Source: Promethearchaeota archaeon
Lineage (GTDB): Archaea > Asgardarchaeota > Lokiarchaeia > Sigyniarchaeales > SOKP01
Length of the DNA: 64,000 bases
Assembly: GCA_048941385.1 (NCBI GenBank)
Contig: JBHLNR010000001.1
Location: 3,715 to 67,714, forward strand
Direction of reading: 5' to 3'
Position numbers and translations under genes: made by a program. The number at the start of each line of letters is the position of its first letter. Position 1 is the first letter of the stretch. Below, piece by piece: positions 60,037 through 64,000 of the stretch. The notes below the pieces were generated by a model. It did not search any database. It saw only the letters and a program-made list of their open reading frames with translations, and had not been told where the DNA came from.

Positions 60037-61452
60037 ATGTCAACAATAAAACCTAAGGAAATTTATAAGAATTTTAAACAAAAGAACTTGGATAAAAGTA
60101 AAGCTTCAGAATTACTAATATCAGTTATTGAAAATCCTATTGAATTGGATACTCGAACTAGGATATCAAGTTTAAAATTTTTAGGATTAATTGGTTCTAA
60201 AGAAGAGAATGTATATTTTTTTCTTGAGAATCTACTAATTTCAGATTTGGATGAGGTAGTTCGGGGAAACGCTGCATCTATAATTATTAGAAATTTCCCG
60301 AACAAAGCATTAGAACCTATTAAATGGGCTCTAAATCATGAAAAATCAGAATCTAGTATAATTTTGATAATTAAGGAATTAGAAAAAACAAATAATCCAG
60401 AATTAAAAACTTTATTAAAGTCGATTGAATATATCGATTTTGAGGGTCAAATCTTTTTTCCTTTTGGAACACCCCCACTTATAAATTTAAGTAGTAAAAA
60501 CATTGATGATATTTCTAAAGTTAATGGTTTAGAGAAATTAGTAAATTTGAGTAAACTCAATCTAAATTTTAATAGAATAACAGAAATAAAAGGTTTGGAT
60601 AATTTAATCAATTTAAAATCCTTGCAACTACAGTGGAATAAAATTCGAGAAATTGAAGGCCTAGAATGTTTAAGAAAGCTAGAATACTTGTATCTTAATA
60701 ACAATGAGATCCTTAAGATTAAAGGAATTAATAATCTTTCTAATTTGAAATCACTGATGATTTATGATAATCACCTTACTGAAGTAGAAAATTTAGATCA
60801 CTTATCAAAACTCGAAATTTTAAATCTGCGAAACAATGGAATCACTGAAATTAAAGGGTTAAATCATCTAAATAATTTAAAAAGATTAGACTTAAGTAGT
60901 AATAGGATAACTGAAATTAAAGGCCTTGATAAACTTACTAATCTAGAATTTTTAGACCTAAGTTACAATCAAATATCTGAAATTAAAGGTTTGGATAATC
61001 TAAAAAATTTAAAATTTTTAGATCTAAGAAATAACAAGATAACAGCGATAAAGCATTTAAAAATTTTAAACCAATTACAACACTTGTATCTTGGATTTAA
61101 TAGAATATCAATAACCGAAAATACGGAGAATATAGGCAACCTTGAAACCTTAAGTATTGAGGAAAAAAAAATATCAGAAACACCCTTTGATTTTTTTTAT
61201 AACATTAAATCACACAAAAATTCAATCAACAGAAAATTATCAGAGATAAGTGACATTAAATTTAGACCAGAATTTTTCAAATCTCAATCTTTACTTAAAG
61301 AATTAAAACTATATAGGAAGCCAATCGATTTTTTTACGAGTTCTTCTTGGTATGTGATTTGGAAAAACAATGAATTTGAAATATTTCGTTTTAGTAATTC
61401 TGGAAAGATAACTTGGGTTGAGAGAAGGAGGAAGCAAGTTTTTCCAGAATAA
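60037..61452 (+). CDS. HEAT-like N-terminus + Sds22-like leucine-rich repeat protein
   Basis: ENLLISDLDEVVRGNAA HEAT-like unit and about 9-10 LxxLxLxxNxIxEIKGL repeats. ATG at 60037 lies just after the upstream stop. Confidence 0.85.
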   Translation: MSTIKPKEIYKNFKQKNLDKSKASELLISVIENPIELDTRTRISSLKFLGLIGSKEENVYFFLENLLISDLDEVVRGNAASIIIRNFPNKALEPIKWALNHEKSESSIILIIKELEKTNNPELKTLLKSIEYIDFEGQIFFPFGTPPLINLSSKNIDDISKVNGLEKLVNLSKLNLNFNRITEIKGLDNLINLKSLQLQWNKIREIEGLECLRKLEYLYLNNNEILKIKGINNLSNLKSLMIYDNHLTEVENLDHLSKLEILNLRNNGITEIKGLNHLNNLKRLDLSSNRITEIKGLDKLTNLEFLDLSYNQISEIKGLDNLKNLKFLDLRNNKITAIKHLKILNQLQHLYLGFNRISITENTENIGNLETLSIEEKKISETPFDFFYNIKSHKNSINRKLSEISDIKFRPEFFKSQSLLKELKLYRKPIDFFTSSSWYVIWKNNEFEIFRFSNSGKITWVERRRKQVFPE

Positions 61453-61511
61453 TAACATTTCATTTTTATTTTTAAAAACTTTTAATTATGCATTCTTAAT
61501 TTTAAATTATT

Positions 61512-62717
61512 ATGTCGTTGCCTCTAGAAGGTAAAGTTATTATAGATCTTAGCCGTATGTTACCCGGTCCTTATTGTTCTATGATTTTAGGTGATCTAGG
61601 TGCTGAAGTAATCCGAGTAGAAGATCCTAATTATGCTTATAGCAATCCTCCCCCATTTTTCCAAAAAGGGAAGTATCGTGAGAGTGCCTTTCATTCTATT
61701 TTGATGAGAAATAAAAAATCAATTACACTTAATCTAAAAAAACCTGAAGCAAGAGATATTTTTTATGAACTAGTAAAAAAAGCGGATGTGGTTCTCGATA
61801 GTTTTAGGCCAAAAGTAATGCAAAAATTAAAGATTGATTACAAGAGTTTAGCTTCAATAAATCCTTCAATAATTTGTTGTTCCCTAACTGGTTATGGTCA
61901 AAATGGTCCATATGAACAGATTGCTGGTCATGATCTTAATTACATTGGAATCTGTGGAATTTTAGAATTGAATAAGGAACGGAAAATTTTCGGTAGGGAT
62001 GATCACGTAAGAAAACCTATTAATCCTGGAGTTCAAGCCGCTGATATTGGTGGTGCATTAGTCACAGCTATAGGTATATTAGGTGCTATTATTGAAAGAG
62101 ATAACAATCCTGAAATGAAAGGCCAATATATTGATATTTCGATGACAGATTCGGTATTTTCATTTATGCCATTAATTGCAGCATATCACATTGCTGGAGA
62201 TTTAAGTGAGGGGATGAACCTTTTACACGGGGATTTTCCTTTTTATAATGTTTATAAAACTAAAGATAGCAAGTTTCTATCTGTTGGGATTATAGAAATC
62301 AAATTTTGGAGAGAATTTTGTAAAGGTCTGGGTCGAAAGGATTTAATTCCAAGACAATATGAGCAAGGTATTAAAAGGGAGGAAGTCTTTCAAGAAATTC
62401 AAAAAGAATTTTTAAAAAAAACACAAGAACAATGGATGGATATTTTTATAGAACTCGATGCTTGTGTTATGCCTGTCAAATCCTTTCAAGAAGCATGGGA
62501 GGATCCTCAAATTAAAGCACGTAATATGATTATAGAAATGGATCACCCTAAACTTGGGAAAATAAAAAATATAGCTTCACCTATTAAATATTCTCGAACA
62601 CCTATAAAATTAAGGAGTTTTGCTCCTAAACCTGGTCAAAACACTAAGGAAATTTTAAGAAGTTTGGGATACTCTAATGAAAAAATTCAAGATTATAAGA
62701 AAAATGGAATATTATAA
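61512..62717 (+). CDS. CaiB/BaiF family III CoA-transferase
   Basis: DLSRMLPGP, LGAEVIRVE, RNKKSI, GYGQNGP, GHDLNY and GQYIDISM motifs. Confidence 0.93.
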   Translation: MSLPLEGKVIIDLSRMLPGPYCSMILGDLGAEVIRVEDPNYAYSNPPPFFQKGKYRESAFHSILMRNKKSITLNLKKPEARDIFYELVKKADVVLDSFRPKVMQKLKIDYKSLASINPSIICCSLTGYGQNGPYEQIAGHDLNYIGICGILELNKERKIFGRDDHVRKPINPGVQAADIGGALVTAIGILGAIIERDNNPEMKGQYIDISMTDSVFSFMPLIAAYHIAGDLSEGMNLLHGDFPFYNVYKTKDSKFLSVGIIEIKFWREFCKGLGRKDLIPRQYEQGIKREEVFQEIQKEFLKKTQEQWMDIFIELDACVMPVKSFQEAWEDPQIKARNMIIEMDHPKLGKIKNIASPIKYSRTPIKLRSFAPKPGQNTKEILRSLGYSNEKIQDYKKNGIL

Positions 62718-62725
62718 AATTGTTC

Positions 62726-63148
62726 TTAGAGAATTTGGTATTCCACTAGAATTAATAAAATTACAATCAGAAGAGAAACCATTGTAAATACAAGTAGCAT
62801 AATAAACATAGGCCAATCCTTTAACTGACCATAAAATCCTGCTGCATTTATTGTAGAATAAAGAACCATTCCAATAGAAATATAAAATATCGTTATTCCC
62901 CAAGATTGATCAGTGAATAACCCTATACCCCCAATTACTAGCATAACTGAGGTTAAAAATTCAGCAATTAGATGAAAAGATATTTGCGTTGGTTTAGTAG
63001 CGAGTTCTGGGACTTCTTTCTTTCCTAGTAGAAAAATCCACATGCATAACATCGCAATTCCTATTATAATGGTGTAAATTGACGCTATGGTCTCAATAAT
63101 TTTACTCTTCACCTTCCAAGATTTAATTTCATGAAATTTATTAATCAT
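62726..63148 (-). CDS. Small 4-TM membrane protein
   Basis: Four hydrophobic segments and an FHLIAE motif. Confidence 0.7.
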   Translation of the reverse strand: MINKFHEIKSWKVKSKIIETIASIYTIIIGIAMLCMWIFLLGKKEVPELATKPTQISFHLIAEFLTSVMLVIGGIGLFTDQSWGITIFYISIGMVLYSTINAAGFYGQLKDWPMFIMLLVFTMVSLLIVILLILVEYQIL

Positions 63149-63270
63149 TAAATTTTATTAAATCTTTTCAAATACAGGCAATTTTAAGATAAATCCTAGT
63201 TTCTTAAGACTAAAATATATAGAAAAATGCAAACTAGAAAATAGAAATTTGATGTTTTAGTTGATATATT

Positions 63271-63768
63271 ATGAATGTAGATTTGATGTTATATGAAGCT
63301 ATTAAAGATTCAAAAATAAATCTAATTCTTTCACTGCCATGTATTATGCTTAAAGATTTATTGAACCTTATCGAAGAAAGGGATGAAATTCAACATATTC
63401 GAATAACAAGAGAAGAGGAAGGCGTGGGAATAGCTGCTGGTGCATATCTAGGAGGAAGGATTCCAGCAATTCTTATGCAAAACTCAGGTCTTGGCAACTC
63501 AATAAATGCTATAAAGTCTCTCTTACAATTATATAAAATTCCTGTTATATTCATTATGAGTCACAGAGGTGGTGAAGGTGAAAAAATTTTGGCTCAAATA
63601 CCTATGGGAGAATTCACACTTCCTCTACTAAATTTATTAAAAATTGATACATTCATTATTGATTCAAAAAGTAGTCTAAATTTGATACAAGTTGCAGTGC
63701 ATAATAGTTTATCATCTGGTATGCCAACAGGAATTCTTCTTAAAAAGACATTATGGGGGTTATTATGA
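63271..63768 (+). CDS. comD: Sulfopyruvate decarboxylase alpha subunit
   Basis: SLPC, TREEEGVGIAAGAYL, MQNSGLGN, SHRG and AQIPMG motifs. Confidence 0.88.
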   Translation: MNVDLMLYEAIKDSKINLILSLPCIMLKDLLNLIEERDEIQHIRITREEEGVGIAAGAYLGGRIPAILMQNSGLGNSINAIKSLLQLYKIPVIFIMSHRGGEGEKILAQIPMGEFTLPLLNLLKIDTFIIDSKSSLNLIQVAVHNSLSSGMPTGILLKKTLWGLL

Positions 63769-64000
63769 AAAGGTTTGATGCCATTAGTGGAATTGTTGAC
63801 TCTATTAGTAATGAAATTCTTGTATGTAATATTGGTGCCCCTTCTAGAGAATTATTTAGTATTAAAGATAGAGATGAAAACTTCTATATGCTCGGTTCTA
63901 TGGGATTAGCTTCATCCATAGCCCTTGGGATTGCTATTTCAAAATCAAAAAAAAAGGTGTGGTGTATTGATGGAGATGGATCAATTCTCATGAATCTTGG
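63765..64000 (+). CDS. comE: Sulfopyruvate decarboxylase beta subunit (3'-truncated)
   Basis: ATGA overlap with comD; MKRFDAI...NIGAPSREL...NFYMLGSMGLASSIALG...DGDGSILMNL (TPP-binding motif). Confidence 0.88.
   Translation, partial: MKRFDAISGIVDSISNEILVCNIGAPSRELFSIKDRDENFYMLGSMGLASSIALGIAISKSKKKVWCIDGDGSILMNL

Noticed and set aside
1413-62903. Many short overlapping ORFs in the track (e.g. 2392-2715, 18417-18758, 20771-21100, 23507-23956, 24570-24917, 29773-29982, 50402-50734)
   Set aside because: They are antisense or alternate-frame shadows of well-supported genes and carry no recognisable motifs.
1-64000. CRISPR arrays, tRNA/rRNA genes, transposases or integrases
   Set aside because: I saw no regularly spaced direct repeats, no GC-rich cloverleaf or rRNA-like tracts and no recombinase motifs by eye. 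A covariance-model scan would be needed to exclude small RNAs.

Overview
AT-rich (roughly 30% GC, estimated by eye) and gene-dense archaeal chromosomal window. It is very probably Asgard/Lokiarchaeia (inference). Archaeal core genes (EndA-family subunit, PINA ATPase, COG1202-type helicase, ComDE, FolD, PurH, GuaB, NadA) are mixed with many eukaryotic-signature proteins: an actin-related protein, a ubiquitin-like protein, two longin-like proteins, two Ras/Rab-like GTPases, and LRR, WD40 and PCI/winged-helix proteins. I saw no rRNA, tRNA, CRISPR array or transposase. The main points of interest are: (1) a same-strand cluster at 1-6863 encoding a CorA-like/2TM/Nudix fusion, a 4TM protein, a 21-repeat WD40-TIR protein and NadA, a candidate NAD/ADP-ribose signalling module; (2) an actin-related protein with a double zinc-ribbon insertion and altered catalytic residues; (3) two SIRT6/7-like (class IV) sirtuins; (4) an SSUH2-like zinc-finger protein; (5) a -1 frameshift at A-AAA-AAT in a HEAT/PCI-like gene; (6) genes that appear to need CTG or ATT start codons; (7) an H/ACA-like hairpin. 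All family calls come from motif recognition by eye; no searches were run.
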